Positions 36,870-49,980 of a DNA stretch of 64,000 bases are shown here, in pieces. Position numbers and translations under genes: made by a program. This DNA is from the human T2T-CHM13v2.0 reference genome, Homo sapiens, in the NCBI RefSeq assembly GCF_009914755.1, contig NC_060929.1; one strand, 5' to 3'. The notes below the pieces were generated by a model. That model ran no database searches. It worked only from the letters and a program-made list of their open reading frames with translations, and was not told the origin of the DNA. Every line of letters begins with the position of its first letter. Within the stretch, counting starts at the first letter, position 1.

Positions 36870-39800
36870 ATTTTTAAAACTTATTTTTAAATTTATATAT
36901 GGTAAAATCCACTCTTTATGGTATACAGTTCTACAGATTTTGACAAATGCAGAGTCACGTGGTAGATACATCACTCAGAATAATCGACACAAAACAGCTT
37001 CATAACACCAAAATATTCCCTCCTGCTGCTCCTTTGCAGTCAAACCCTCCCACAACTCCTAATTCCTAGCAACTACTGATCTGTTCTTTATGAGATAGCT
37101 TTGCCTTGTTCAGAATGTCATATAAGTGTAATCATACAATATGTAATTATTGGGTCTATCTTCTTTCACTTAGCAAAATGCATTTGTGATTCATCAGTAT
37201 TGTATGACTCATAGTTTATTTATTATTGTTGTAGGTAGTATTCCATTGTATGGATAGACTACAGTTTGTTTATGGACATTTGAATAGTTTTCAGCTCTTT
37301 TATAAAACCAAGTTTATAAATTTATTCTTTTTTTATAGATAGTGCTTTTGGTTTCTTATCTAAGAACTTTTTGCATAACAAGATCACAAAAATTTTCTCT
37401 TTTTTAAAAAACAAATTGTATAGAGGTGGGTCTATGATACATGTTAAGTTTCATAAAAGGTGTAAGGTATGGGTCATTTTTTTTTCATATGGACATCCAG
37501 CCCCATCCAATACCCTGAACTGTCCTTCTACTTTTGTTAAAAATCAGTTGCCACATGTTTATGCGTCTACTTCTGAAGTCTTTAGTCTGTTCCATTGATC
37601 TATATGCTCATCCTTTTACCAATAATTTACTGTTTGGATTACTATAGCTTTATAGTAAGTGTTGAAATCAGCTAGTGTGAGACCTGTAACTTTGTTCTTT
37701 TTCTAAATTGTTTTGAGTATTTTAGTTCCTTTCCTATTTTATATAAATATTACAAATAGCTTATCGATATCAATAAAAGATTCTCCTAGGATTTTCATTG
37801 GGATTTCTTTGAATCTCTAGATCAGTTTGGGGCAGAATTCCCATGTTAGCAATATTTAGCCAATCCAAAAACAGAATCTATCTGTCCATTTCTTTATATC
37901 TTCTTTGATTTTTTTAAAATTTTTTAAAAATTTTTTAAAAATTTTTTTAAAAAATAAGTTTTGTGCTTTTTGAGATACAGATCCTGCACTTGGTGCTATT
38001 ATTAATGATATTGCTCTTTTTAAAATATGAAACTCTGATTTTTAATTATTTATATATAAAAATACAATTAATTTTTACATAATGATCCTGTACATTGAAG
38101 TCTTGCTAAACTGACTTATTTGTTCTAGAACTTCTTTTGGAGACTATTTGGGATTTTATATATAGACAATTATGTCATCTGTGAATAGTGCATTTTATCT
38201 CTTTATTTCTAATTCATTTGCCTTCTATTTTTTTCTTTATTGTCTTGTTGTCCTAGCTAGGACTTCTAGTATGATGCTGACTAGGAATAGAAAGAGAGAA
38301 AATTCCTACCTTGTTGCCGATCTTAGGAGGAAAACATTCAGTTTTCATACATGTTGTTAGCTGTAGGCTCCTAGTAGATGCCTTTTATATTGTTAAGAAA
38401 GTTTCCAGCAATTCCAAGTTTGCTGGGAATTTTAAATCACAAATAGATGTTGAATTTTGTCAAAAAAGTTAATTTATTTTGAGAATCAAATAATTATTTT
38501 GCTTTCAATACTTACTCTGCTATCTTTTAGAAGATTTTAAAGTAAGAAAATATAAATTTATTCCATTCCACAGCTCTCAGTTTTTATATATCCAAGTTTT
38601 GTCTAATACCATATTCCTTCTGCCTGAAAACCTTTAGAAAATTACTTCAGGGTAGATAAGCCAGTAAAAAATAATATATTTTTGTTTGTCAAATAAAATC
38701 TTTATTTCTCTTTCATTTTTAAGTGATATTTTTCCAGGTGTAGAATTCTAGGTTGACTTATTTTTTTTCTTTCAGTTCTTTTATCACTCCAATACCTTTT
38801 GGTTTATACAATTTCTGATAATAAGTTGGCTGTAATTCTTGTCTTTGTTTTTATATGAAATTTTGTTTTTGTTTCTCTCTCTCTGCTGCTTGTAATGTTT
38901 CCTTTTTTTTAACCCTTTGGTTTTGAGCAGTGTAGATATGATGTGGCTAGGTGTGTGGTATTTATCTTGCTTAGTCTTCTCCAAACTTCTTAAATCTGTG
39001 ATTTCATACCTGTCGTTAATTTTAGAAAAATTTCAGCTATTATTTCTTCTCTTCGTTTCTCTCTTTCTAGAACTCTAAGTACATACATGATAAATCATTT
39101 GACATTTTCTGACAGCTCTTAGGTGCTCTGTTCTTTTTTTTCCCCCCTATTAGTTTTCCTCTTTGTGTTTCAGTTTTGGTAATTAATATATCTTTTGGCT
39201 ATTTACCTATCTTCAAGTTCACTGATCCTTTTCTCAGCTGTTTTGAGTCTACTGATGAGGCTATTGAAGGCATTCTTTATCTATTATTGTGGATTTATCA
39301 TCTTAAGCATTTCCATGTAACTTTTGCTTTTAGGTTCCTTCCTTTGCTAAAATTACCCATCTGGTCTTGAATATTGCCCCCCCCCCTTTCTTTTTAGAAA
39401 CTTTAACTTATTAATCATAGTTATTTTAATTCCTGTCTGAAAGTTCCAACATCTGTGTCATATCTGAGTCTGGTTCTGTTGTTTACTTTGTCTCTTTGCA
39501 GTATGTTGTTTTTAGTTACCTTTTCACCTGCCTCATACTTTTTTGCTGAAAGCTGGACATTTTGTACAGAATAGCAGAGAGTGAGATAAATAGTTTTATG
39601 TCTAAAAATGGGTGTATCTTTCCTAGGCCTTTAATGCGGAGTTTTAAATTAATCTAGTCTGAGTTGAGCTGCGTTTAGGGTTTGTTGTTGCTATGGCTAC
39701 TCACAGTGCACCACAGGCTTCAAATTCCTCTAGTAATGACTTGTGCTAAGGGTGGGGGCTGGATCAACATAGAGTTTTTCTCAATGTCTGCTTCAACCTT

Positions 39801-40640
39801 AGCATTAGGTCATCCCTATTTGCTGTATGTCAGAGAGGGTCTCCTTCCACATTCCTGCAATCCTCTAAGAAGAGCCGCACCATTCCTTAATATGTGTTAG
39901 CCTGATGATGATGACAGCAGTATTCTTGGTGGTTCAAACAATGTGTCAGACTTAGGTAATCACTGTGCCCCCGAGTCTCACGGGCTTTCACTGCTTTCTC
40001 AAAGCTTCTGCGCCTCCCCCAAGTTTAGAAGGTTGATTTTTTTTTCCCATCCCCAGTGGGTTTTTTCAAGGATACCTAAAGTGTTTGCTGCCCTTCTTCC
40101 CACAGTATAAGACTGTTGTTCCATAGGTGAGGTAGGGGAAAGGGATCAGGAAGAAGGGGATCCTCCCTTTCCCATAGCCTTGCCATTCACCTCCTGCAAG
40201 CATGGCCTTCAAGGGATGCTTTCTCAAGACTGTCACCATTATTTTTGTGTGCAAGTACTTGGTAAGGTTAGTGGAAAAGTGGGTGAAAAACCCCCTTATA
40301 TCTGTAGCCCTGGAGGTTCTATGTTCTCTCCATTATTAAACTACATACAAATTTTACTAACCTATGCTCAGTTTTTACCAATTTGTTAACAAATTTAGCT
40401 AATTTATTCTTACAAGTGTTCAGCTTCATACGTCCTAGGTAAGAAAATGTTCTCACCTCATCTCGTCTCACAGGCAACTATCATTCCTTGGCTCTCCGAC
40501 AGGGTAAATGAAAGTTGTAGATTTGGTGGGGGGGGGGGGGTTGTTTGTTTGTTTTTCTTTTGGTGTGTTGTTGTTGTTGTTGTTTTTGTAAGTGTACGAG
40601 TGATGCTCTTTCCAACTTCATGCATCTCCAGTGGGATAAG
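36870..40640 (-). mobile_element. Old L1M LINE, fragmented (3' UTR, ORF2 pieces, ORF1/5' region)
   Basis: T-rich antisense L1 phrases 'cttctttcacttagcaaaatgcatttgtgattcatc', 'gattactatagctttatagtaagt', 'ctaggacttctagtatgatgctg', 'tatcttcaagttcactgatccttttctcagctg'. Confidence 0.85.
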
Positions 40641-43600
40641 AAGTCTCCCTCTTCACTTAGGATGAGACAACAATCAGTCTCATCTGTATTTGAGACTGGA
40701 TCCCTTTCTGTCTTTCCATGTGTTTATCTTTTCTTTGATAGCATTTACAGGGATTTGGAATTAAAGGTCCTGAAGGAGAACAGAAAAATATACTTTTGTT
40801 GAGGGTAAAATGATGCTACCTTCCCTGTTGGTTGGAATCTTTTGACATTTGCTATAGAGTCTATTTTGTATATTTTCCATTATTCTCCTTACCAAGTCAA
40901 TAAAATCTTCAGAGATTCTCTTATGTTGAGAGAGTCTGAATTACATCATTACAAATTTATTTACCATTGATAACACTTCACAGGAGCTTTTCTAAATCAC
41001 ATTTCCCATTTCAAAAGTATAAAGCCAACAGGCTATTCTGTTATTTCAAGAAAGAAATCATTCAATTAGTAGTATGTCAGATGAAAGGGACACTTTGAAT
41101 TGTGGCATTATTCTGAACGTATGAAAAGCAAAGTCTGCACCTGTCATAACTATGGGATGAGACATGAATATTCTGTACATTTCTGATTAATCAAAATCCA
41201 TGCAAAAATATCAGTCAGATCAGAAGAGTCAGAACTGATTAGACCACATTTAGCTTATCTGTATTGTCCGGGTATCACACAGATTAGAATAGAACCCAAT
41301 GTGATAGTGTGGGAACAAAAGACTTATCAACCTGACACTATTTTCAACAGAGAAACAAACTGGATCTTGCAAACCAATTCTGATTAACTCAATCTGACTC
41401 TGCCTTGAAAAACATAATGGTATTTTTATGATTTTAATATGGTTATCAGCACAGCCCTTCTGAGTTATCTAGACACATAATCTTCAGGTAGTGGAAATAA
41501 CATCTTCAATTTGAAAATAACATGGACTGCAGTATGCCAGCCACATAAAGAGACCACAGGGCAAACTTATTTCTGGTGTGATTAAAAGCTCACTTGAAAG
41601 GACCTCTTTGCATGTGGAACTTTTCTGGGCAAAGGATAGAGGGCTTCTTTGTCTTCAAAGAGCTTCAAAAGATATACAGAAAAAAAGCATGTGCAAACTA
41701 GGAAATCAGATGTGTGAGGTAAGGAAGTATTAACATTGTACACTCAGATGATACCTAGCATCTCGAGCCTCTTCTCCTTGGCTTCTTCCTTTCAGAAAAA
41801 TCCATTTAGATAGAAGGGGGAAGAACAAGACCTGACCTGATTTCTTGCGTTGCTATTGTCCTTAGGGAAGCAAAAGGCTTTGAAATATTGGGTGTTCATA
41901 GCTGGTGGAGGAGGATGCAGAAATGGGGACAGCTGCAGGGGAAGATCCCCTAGTCTGGTTGTAGAGGGCACTGTGGTGGGCAGATGTGGCCGTGCACACT
42001 CAACCTGACTAAAATGCATTGTGGAAACAGCTTCTTTGTCATGCTTTTTACTGTCATATCACCCACTTGAAGATTAAACCTCATACACTTCTGAGATCAG
42101 GAAGGAAAGTTGAACACACACAAGCATGCTACTGCTTTTCTCCTCCATTTTCTCTCTCTCCTAAAATTCAGTTCCATTTGGCTCCTACAGCCCATTCCTC
42201 ACAGAGCTGGCAGCCTCCCTCCCTCCAACAATGCACATCAGCATTTCTGATAGAAGCACCTGTGAATCTTCCCACCCTGGTTAGCAGAGGGTGAGGTGGT
42301 GAGCTGTTCAGTAGGGCGGTCTGTATGCTTTAAAAAAAAAAAAAATCCATCCCTGCCAAAAGCTATCAGTTACTTCAATAAAAACAATTCTCTCTTTTGT
42401 TTTTAAGAAGACAATAGATTTGGGGACAACACAAATTTTAAAAATCCACAGTTTGTTCCATTCAAAGCCTATTAGCAAACAGAGCAACATAGGGGCTTTT
42501 TTTCAGGCTTCCATAACATCAGTATCACAATAGCTTTTCCAAAGCTAGCCAAGTTGAAATATTCTCACCTGGTATGTCTTCTGTTTTTAGTTAATTAAAC
42601 CCCTCTCATTTCTCAATTTACTTTTTTAAATATCCACAAACATCATGCATTGGCAAGCAATGGAAAGAAGTGTGTGGTGTTATTGCATTTACAAAGTAGG
42701 GCCAATGCTTCTCATTTGAAGCTCATTGATCACTTCTCTATTTGAATTGGCTGTGAAATTTCACTTGATAAACCCACTGGTAGAATTTTTTTTAAGCTAA
42801 GATATTTTAGAGTCAAACTTACCACAAATTATTTGGATAAGAGATCCATTTTAAAAATAATTTATCTAATTACAAGCTGAAAAATCAACACTTAGATTCT
42901 TAAGGGAAGTGAGGTCAAACTACTCCCCACAAACTGGAAAGACAGGCAAGTACAGATAATCACAACTTATGGGAGCAGAAAACCCATCAGGAACCAGTGC
43001 CAGGGTAGGAAATCCTTAACTGTAATTGATGAATTGCTGGAAGCTCAGTGTGGACAAGTCTGAGAGTTAAAAACTCCAGGGGAACCAAGTAATCAGGGGC
43101 CCCCACGCCTTTATAAGTTTTATTTCCTGGAGCTCTACCAGATGAGAACACAGTTAATATTAGAGAAAAATCCCCTCATGCTTCCAGCAGAGGGAAAAGG
43201 AACCATTGTGAAATATACCGGAGTATTCTGTTCTTCTTAACAGTCTGTCCTCAAGCTATTTAACCAGAGTTTAACATGCTTTGGTTTTATCAAATTCTAC
43301 TGGGCCTCAGAGAAGGGAAGCATTCAACTCCAGCCCACTCTAGCCATCTATGTGAAAGAAGCAAAATATCCAACTCCAGCCCTCTCTAGCAATTCTATCC
43401 CATCTAAGTGGGGGTGGGGGTAGGGAGGAAGACTAAGAAGCACTTGTAAAGTTTACAGTCCAAAGGCAATCTTACAAAAAGACTGAAACCTAATAATAGA
43501 ACTCCCTTCTCCAAAACCTTACCACTACATTACTAAAGGCCCATTTTTACAGTAATTTTTTTTAAATCCTGTACATCATGTCTTGTTATCAAGAAAAACT

Positions 43601-43746
43601 TATAAGGCATACTAAAGAACGAACAAACAAAAAACAGTTTGGAGAGAGAGAGAGTGAGCATTCAGAATCAAATTCAGATATGGCAAGAATGTTGGCAATT
43701 ATCATATTGGTAATTAAAAACAACGATGATTAATACACTAAGGACT

Positions 43747-46333
43747 TGCTATGGTTTGCATGTCCCCTCCTAAACTCATGTTGAAATTTAATTGCCATTG
43801 TCATGGCATTAAGAGGTGGGACCTTTAAAAGGTGATTAGGCCAGGAGGGCTCTGCCTTCATGAATGGATTAATGCCATTATCATGGGAGTGTATTAGTTA
43901 TTACAGGAGTGGGCTTCTGGTAAAAGGTTACATTTGGCCCCCATTTTCTCTCTGTCTCACGTGCTTACTTGCCTTCCTGCCACAAGATGATGCAACAAGA
44001 AGGCCCCTGCAGATGGCCAACACCATCCCCTTGTACTTCCCAACCTCTAGAACTATAAGCCAAATAAAACTCTTTTATTTGTAAATTACCTAGTCTGTGG
44101 TCTTCTGATATAGCAGCAGAAAATGGACTAAAATAGAAAATTGGCACCAAGAAGTAAGACTGTTGCTGTAACAAATACCTAAAAGTGAGGACGCAGCTTT
44201 GGAACTGGGTAATGGGTAGCGGCTGGAAGAATTTGGAGGAGCAGTTTATAGAATGCCTCTATTGCAGTAAATGGAGCATTAAAGGTGATTCTGATGAGGG
44301 CTTCAAAGGAGATTTGTGAGAAAAGTGAAATTTGTTAGAGATTAGTTAAGTGGTCATGATCAGAATGTTGGTGGAAATGTGGATAATAAAGACCATTCTG
44401 ATAAGATCTCAGATGGAAATAAGGAACAAGGTATTGCAAACTAGAATAAAAGCCATCCTTGTTACATAGTTGAAGAGAACTTGGAAGAAGTATATCCATG
44501 TCCTAGGACTTTATGGAATGCAGAACTTAAGAATGGTGAACTACAACACCTGGTGGAAAAAATATCTAAACAGCAAAGCATTCAGGCTGTTGTGTGGCTA
44601 CTTTTAACCACATACAGTGAGATGCAAGACAAATGACTTAAAGATGGAATTTATAATTAAAAGGGAAGCAGAGCAGAAAGATGTGGGAAATTCATAGGCT
44701 GGCCATGTTAAGAGGGAAAAGGTGTGTTTAGCAGAGCAAATTAAGGGTGTAGCCAAGCAATAACTTGCTAAAGAGATTAATCCAGAACTTAAAGTATAAT
44801 AGTATAAAAAAGAAATAAAGCAATTTAACTGTCAAAAAATAAAAATGTCTACCTACCCTTCCACACACACACACACAAATAATATGAATAGGAGGAAATT
44901 ACATGCTGTTCATCAAGACAATGGGGGAAATACCCTGAAGGCGTTTCAAAGATCTCAAAGGCTGCTTTTCCTCATCACCGGTCCAGAGTTCTAGGAAGGC
45001 AGAAAGGAATGAGAAAAGAAGCCGAGGGCACTCTCTAGGGATTCATCGCTGAAAGTTGCCTCTGGACACTGCTCCCTGCATTCCAGCGTAGCACTCTTTG
45101 GCCACCCCAGTCATGTATCAAGTGGGCCCAGGTGTGATTCAGGCCACTACTCTGGAGGGTACAAGCAATAAGCCATAGCAGCATTCACATGATGCTGACT
45201 CTGTAGGCATCCACAGTCCACAAACTGTGGAGGCATGGCTTATCATACCTAGATTTCAAAGCATGTATTGGACAACTTGGGGCCTAGGCAGGAAATTCCC
45301 GCAGGAAATTCCCACAGGAAGCTGCCATAAAGAACCCCTAGTAAGGTAACTCCTGGTAGAGCCATGGGAGTGAGACCACCACCAAAACCCCAGAACTGTA
45401 GAGCTACCAGTGTGCAACTCCAGCCTGGGAGAGCTGCAGAGAAGAGACTCCAACTCAAGAAAGTTAAAGCACATGGGCTGAGCCCAGCAAAACTTATGAT
45501 GTGGGACTGCTCAAGGCTTTAGGGGTCTAACTCTCCTAATGTGCCCAGGATCCATGACAGGGAGTCAAAGGAGATTATTAACCGACTTTAAGATTTACTG
45601 TTCACGCTGTTGTGTTTTGGACTTACTTGGGACCTGTTACTCCTTTCTTTTTTCCTGTTGCTCCCTTTTGAAATGTGCATGTGTATCCTATGCCTGTTCC
45701 ACCATTGTATTTTGGAAGTAGATAACTTGTTTGGATTTCACAGGCTCAGAGCTGGAGGGAATTTGCCTCAGGATAAATCCTGCTTTGAGTCTGATCTATA
45801 TCTGATTTGGATGAGACTCTGTACTTTTGACTTTTGAGTTGATGATGGAACCAGTTAAGACATGGGAAGCTATTGGTATGGAATAAATGCATTTTTGTAT
45901 ATTAGAAGAACGTGAATTTTGGAGGGGCCAGGAGTGTAATACTGTGGTTTATATGTCCTCGACAAAACTTATGTTGAAATTTAATTGCCATTGTGATGGT
46001 ATTAAGAGGTGGGATGCTTAAATGGTGATTGGACCATAAGGACATGGGTTGATGCCATTATCATGGGAGTGAGTGAGTTATCATAGAAGTGGGCTCCTGA
46101 TAAAAAGATAAATTTGACCTCCATTTTCTTTCTGTCTTACATTCTCTCTTGCCTTTCCACTTTTTTTAATGGGATGATGCAACAAGAAGGCTCCCACCAG
46201 ATGACCAAGCAAATGCTGGGGCCATGTCCTTGGACTTTCCAGCCTCCAGACCCATGAGCCAACTAAATATCTTATCTTTATAAATTAGCCAGTCTGTGGC
46301 CTTCTGTTATAGCAACGAAAATGGACTATGACA
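43747..46333 (+). mobile_element. Complete MST-type MaLR element (LTR 43747-44135, internal 44136-45939, LTR 45940-46333), MSTB2/MSTC-like
   Basis: Two homologous LTRs ('aaactcatgttgaaatttaattgccattgt...aaaatggacta'), internal region begins 'gaaaattggcacc'; degenerate 5-bp flanks ggact/gggat; host L1 continues on both sides. Confidence 0.92.
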
Positions 46334-49300
46334 GGGATTGAATGAATAAAGTAGACCCCATGAAAGAACAGATGGGCAAGGTAGGCAGAGATGGAAGTTC
46401 TAAGAAAGAGCCAAAAAGAAATATTAGAGATCAAAAACACTGTGACAGAAATAAAAAAAAAAAAAAGCCTTTGGTGGTCTTATTAGTAGACTAGACATGG
46501 CTAAAGAAAGAATCTCTGAGCATGTTGATATCTCAATAGAAGCCTCCCAAACTGAAAAGCAAAGAAGAAAAACAATGAAAGGAAAAAAACAGACTATCCA
46601 AGAACTGTGGGACAACTCTAAACAGTGTAACATGGCAATGAGGATACCAGGAAAAGGAAGAAAAAAAGAATAGAAGAAATACTTTGAAAAAATGATGACT
46701 GAGAATTTCCCTCAAATTAATGTCAATTGCCACACAACAGCTCCAGGAAACTCAGAGAACACCAAGCAGGATAAATGTCAAGAAAAACTACATCTGGGAA
46801 TATCTTTTTTAAACTATAGAAAATCAAAGGTAAAGGAAAACTGAAAAAAAAAGCCAGAGAAAATAAATACCTTACCTATGGGGAAGCAAAGATAAGAATT
46901 ACATCTGATTTCTCCTGAGAAACCATGCAAGCAAAAAGAGAGTAGAGTGAAATATTTAAAGTTTTCACAGAAAAAAGATACCACCTTAGAATTCTGTACT
47001 CTGTGAAATTACTCTTCAACAGAGAAAGAAAAATAAAGATGTTTTAGACAAACAAAAATTGAGAGAATTTATTGTCTGTAGACATGCCTTGAAAGAAATG
47101 TTAAAAGACTTTCTTTAGAAAGAAGGAAAATTATTTAGTTTAAAAACTCAGATCCAAATAAAGAAAGAAAGAGCATCAGAGAAGAGATAAGTGGAGGTAA
47201 AGTAAAAACATTATTTTTCTTATTCCTAATTGATATAATAGATAACACATTGCTCAAAATAATGATAGTAACAACACATTTGTTTAGGTATGTTTATGTG
47301 TGTATAAATATATTTATGTATGTTTATGTATAAGTAAAATGAATGACAGCAATAATACAAGAAATGGGAGGGATGAATGAGAATTATTTTGATGTTATAA
47401 TGTATTCACACTACCTGTGAAGTGGTATGGTGTTTTCTGAATGTGGACTTAGATTAGTTATAAGCCTATATTGCAAACTCTAGGATGACCACCAAAAATG
47501 AGTAAAAAGGGAAGTGTAACTGAAATGCTAAAAAGGGAAAGAAAATTGAATCATATAAAAATGCTTAACTAAAATGATAAAAAGAGTGAAAGAATAGGAA
47601 CAAAGAACAAGGGCGACACATAGAAAACAGTAACAAATATGGTATGTATTAATCCAACTATATAGCCACTTCAAACATGAATGCTAAATGCACTCATTAA
47701 TGGAGATTGTCTGAGTGACTCAAAAAACCATACCCACTTTTATGTTGTCTAAAAGAAACCCTCCTTAAATATAGAGACACAAATAAATTAAAAGTAAATG
47801 ACTAGAAAAAGATATACTATGTTAACACAAATTGAAAGAAAGTTAGAGTACCTATATTAATTTTAGACAGAGCAGACTTCAGAGCATGGAAATTTATCAG
47901 GCATAAAGATGGGCATTACATCATCATAAAGGCATCAAATCTCCAAAGAGACATAATAATCTTTAATGTGTATGCACCTAGCAACAGAGGGTCAAAATAT
48001 GTGAGGCTAGAACTACAAGAAGGAATAGATAAATCCACTATAATAGTTGGAGACTTGAACACCCCTATATCACAAATAGACAGATACAGCAGGCAGAAAA
48101 TCAGTAATGACTTAGTTTAACTCAATAACACCACCAATCAACTGGATATAATTGGTATCTGTAGACTACTTTATTCTACAACAGTAGAATACACATTCTT
48201 CTCACATGGAACACTTACTAAGATAGTCCACATTCTGGGCATAAAATACACCTTCATATAATGTCTTCTCTCAAACCACAATGGAATTAAACCAGAAACC
48301 AATAACTGAAAGATAGCTGGAAAATCCCCAAATACTTGGAGATTAAACAGCACACTTCTAAGTAACACATGGATTAAAGAAGAAATCTCAAGAGAAATTA
48401 AAACATTTTGAATTAAATGAAAATTTTAAAACTACTTATCAAAATGTGTAGGATGTAGCAAAAGCAGTGCTTGAAGGGAAATTTAGAACACTGAATTCAT
48501 GTATCAGGAAATAAGAAAAATTTAAAACCAGTAATTTAAGCTTCCTTAGGAAACTTTAAAAGGAAGATCAAATTAAATCCAAAATAAACAAAAAAAGAAG
48601 TAATAAAAATGAGAGCACACATCAATTAATTTGGAAACAGGGACTCAATAGATAAAATCAACAAAATTATAGGCTGTTTCTTTGAAAAAAATAATAAAAT
48701 TGATAAGTTTTGAGCCAGGCTAAGAAAAAAGAGAAAGGACACAAATTACTAGTATCAGAAACAAAAGAGAGAACATCACTACAAATCCCACTGACAGTAA
48801 AAGAGTAATAAGAGAATACTATGAACAACTCTATGGTTATAAATTTGATAATCTAGGTGAAATGAACCAATCCTTAAAAGACACAATCTTCCAAAACCTA
48901 CACAAGAAGAAATAAGCAATTTGAATATGCCTATCTATAGAAAAGAAATTGAATCAATAATTCATAACTTTCCAAAATAGAAAGCACCATGCCCATGTGG
49001 ATTCACAGGTGACTTCTAACAAATATTTAAGGAAAAAATACCAATGATCTATAATTTATTTCAGAAGCAGAGCAGAGGAAATATCTCCTAGCTCTCTATG
49101 AAGCTAGTATTACTTTAATACCAAAACCAGGCAGACGTTACAAGAAAAAAAGAAAAACAAACAAGAAAAAAACTACAGACCAATATCTCTTATGAGCACA
49201 GATGCAAAATATTAACAAAATAAATCCAACATAAAAAGAATTATACAACACACCAAGTATAATTTATTCCAGCTATGCAAAGCTAATCCAACATTTGAAA

Positions 49301-49549
49301 ATCAATTGATGTAATCTATTACACAACAGGCTAAAGAAGAAAAATCACATAATCTTATCAATAGATGCAGAAAAAGCATTTGACAAAATCCATCACCCAT
49401 TCATGGTAAAAACTCTCAGTAAATTAGAAATAGAGGGGAACTTCCTGGTAAGGAATACCTACAAAAAACCCCACAGCTAACATCATATTTAATCGTGAGA
49501 AACTAGAACCTTCCCTACTAAGATTAGGAACCAGTAAGGATATCCTCTT

Positions 49550-49980
49550 TGCTATAGTTTGGATGTTTGCCCCTCTAAACCTCATGTTGAAATTATCCCA
49601 GTGTTGGAGGTGGGGCCTAGGGGGAGGTGTTTTGGTCATGGGGGCGGGTCCTTCATGAGATGGATTAATGTCATCACCCTGGGGAAGGAAGCAGTGAATG
49701 AATTCTCATGCTATTAGATCCCATGAGAACTGGTTGTTAAAAGAAGCCTTGCACCTACCTTCTGTTTCTTGCTTCCTCTCATGTCATGTGACCTCTGCAC
49801 ATGCGAGCTTCCATTCATCTTCTGCCATGAGAGGAAAAAGTCTGAGGCCCTCACCAGATGCAGATGCCAGTGCCATGCTTCCTGTACAGCCTGCAGAACC
49901 ATAAGCAAAATAAACTTGTTTTCTTTATAAATTACCTAGTCTCAGATATTGCTTTATAGCAACACAAATGAACTAAGTCA
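49550..49980 (+). mobile_element. MSTB-type solo LTR inserted in L1 ORF2
   Basis: TGCTATAGTTTGGATGTTTG...CCTCATGTTGAAATT start, 'atagcaacacaaatgaactaagtca' end. Confidence 0.9.
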
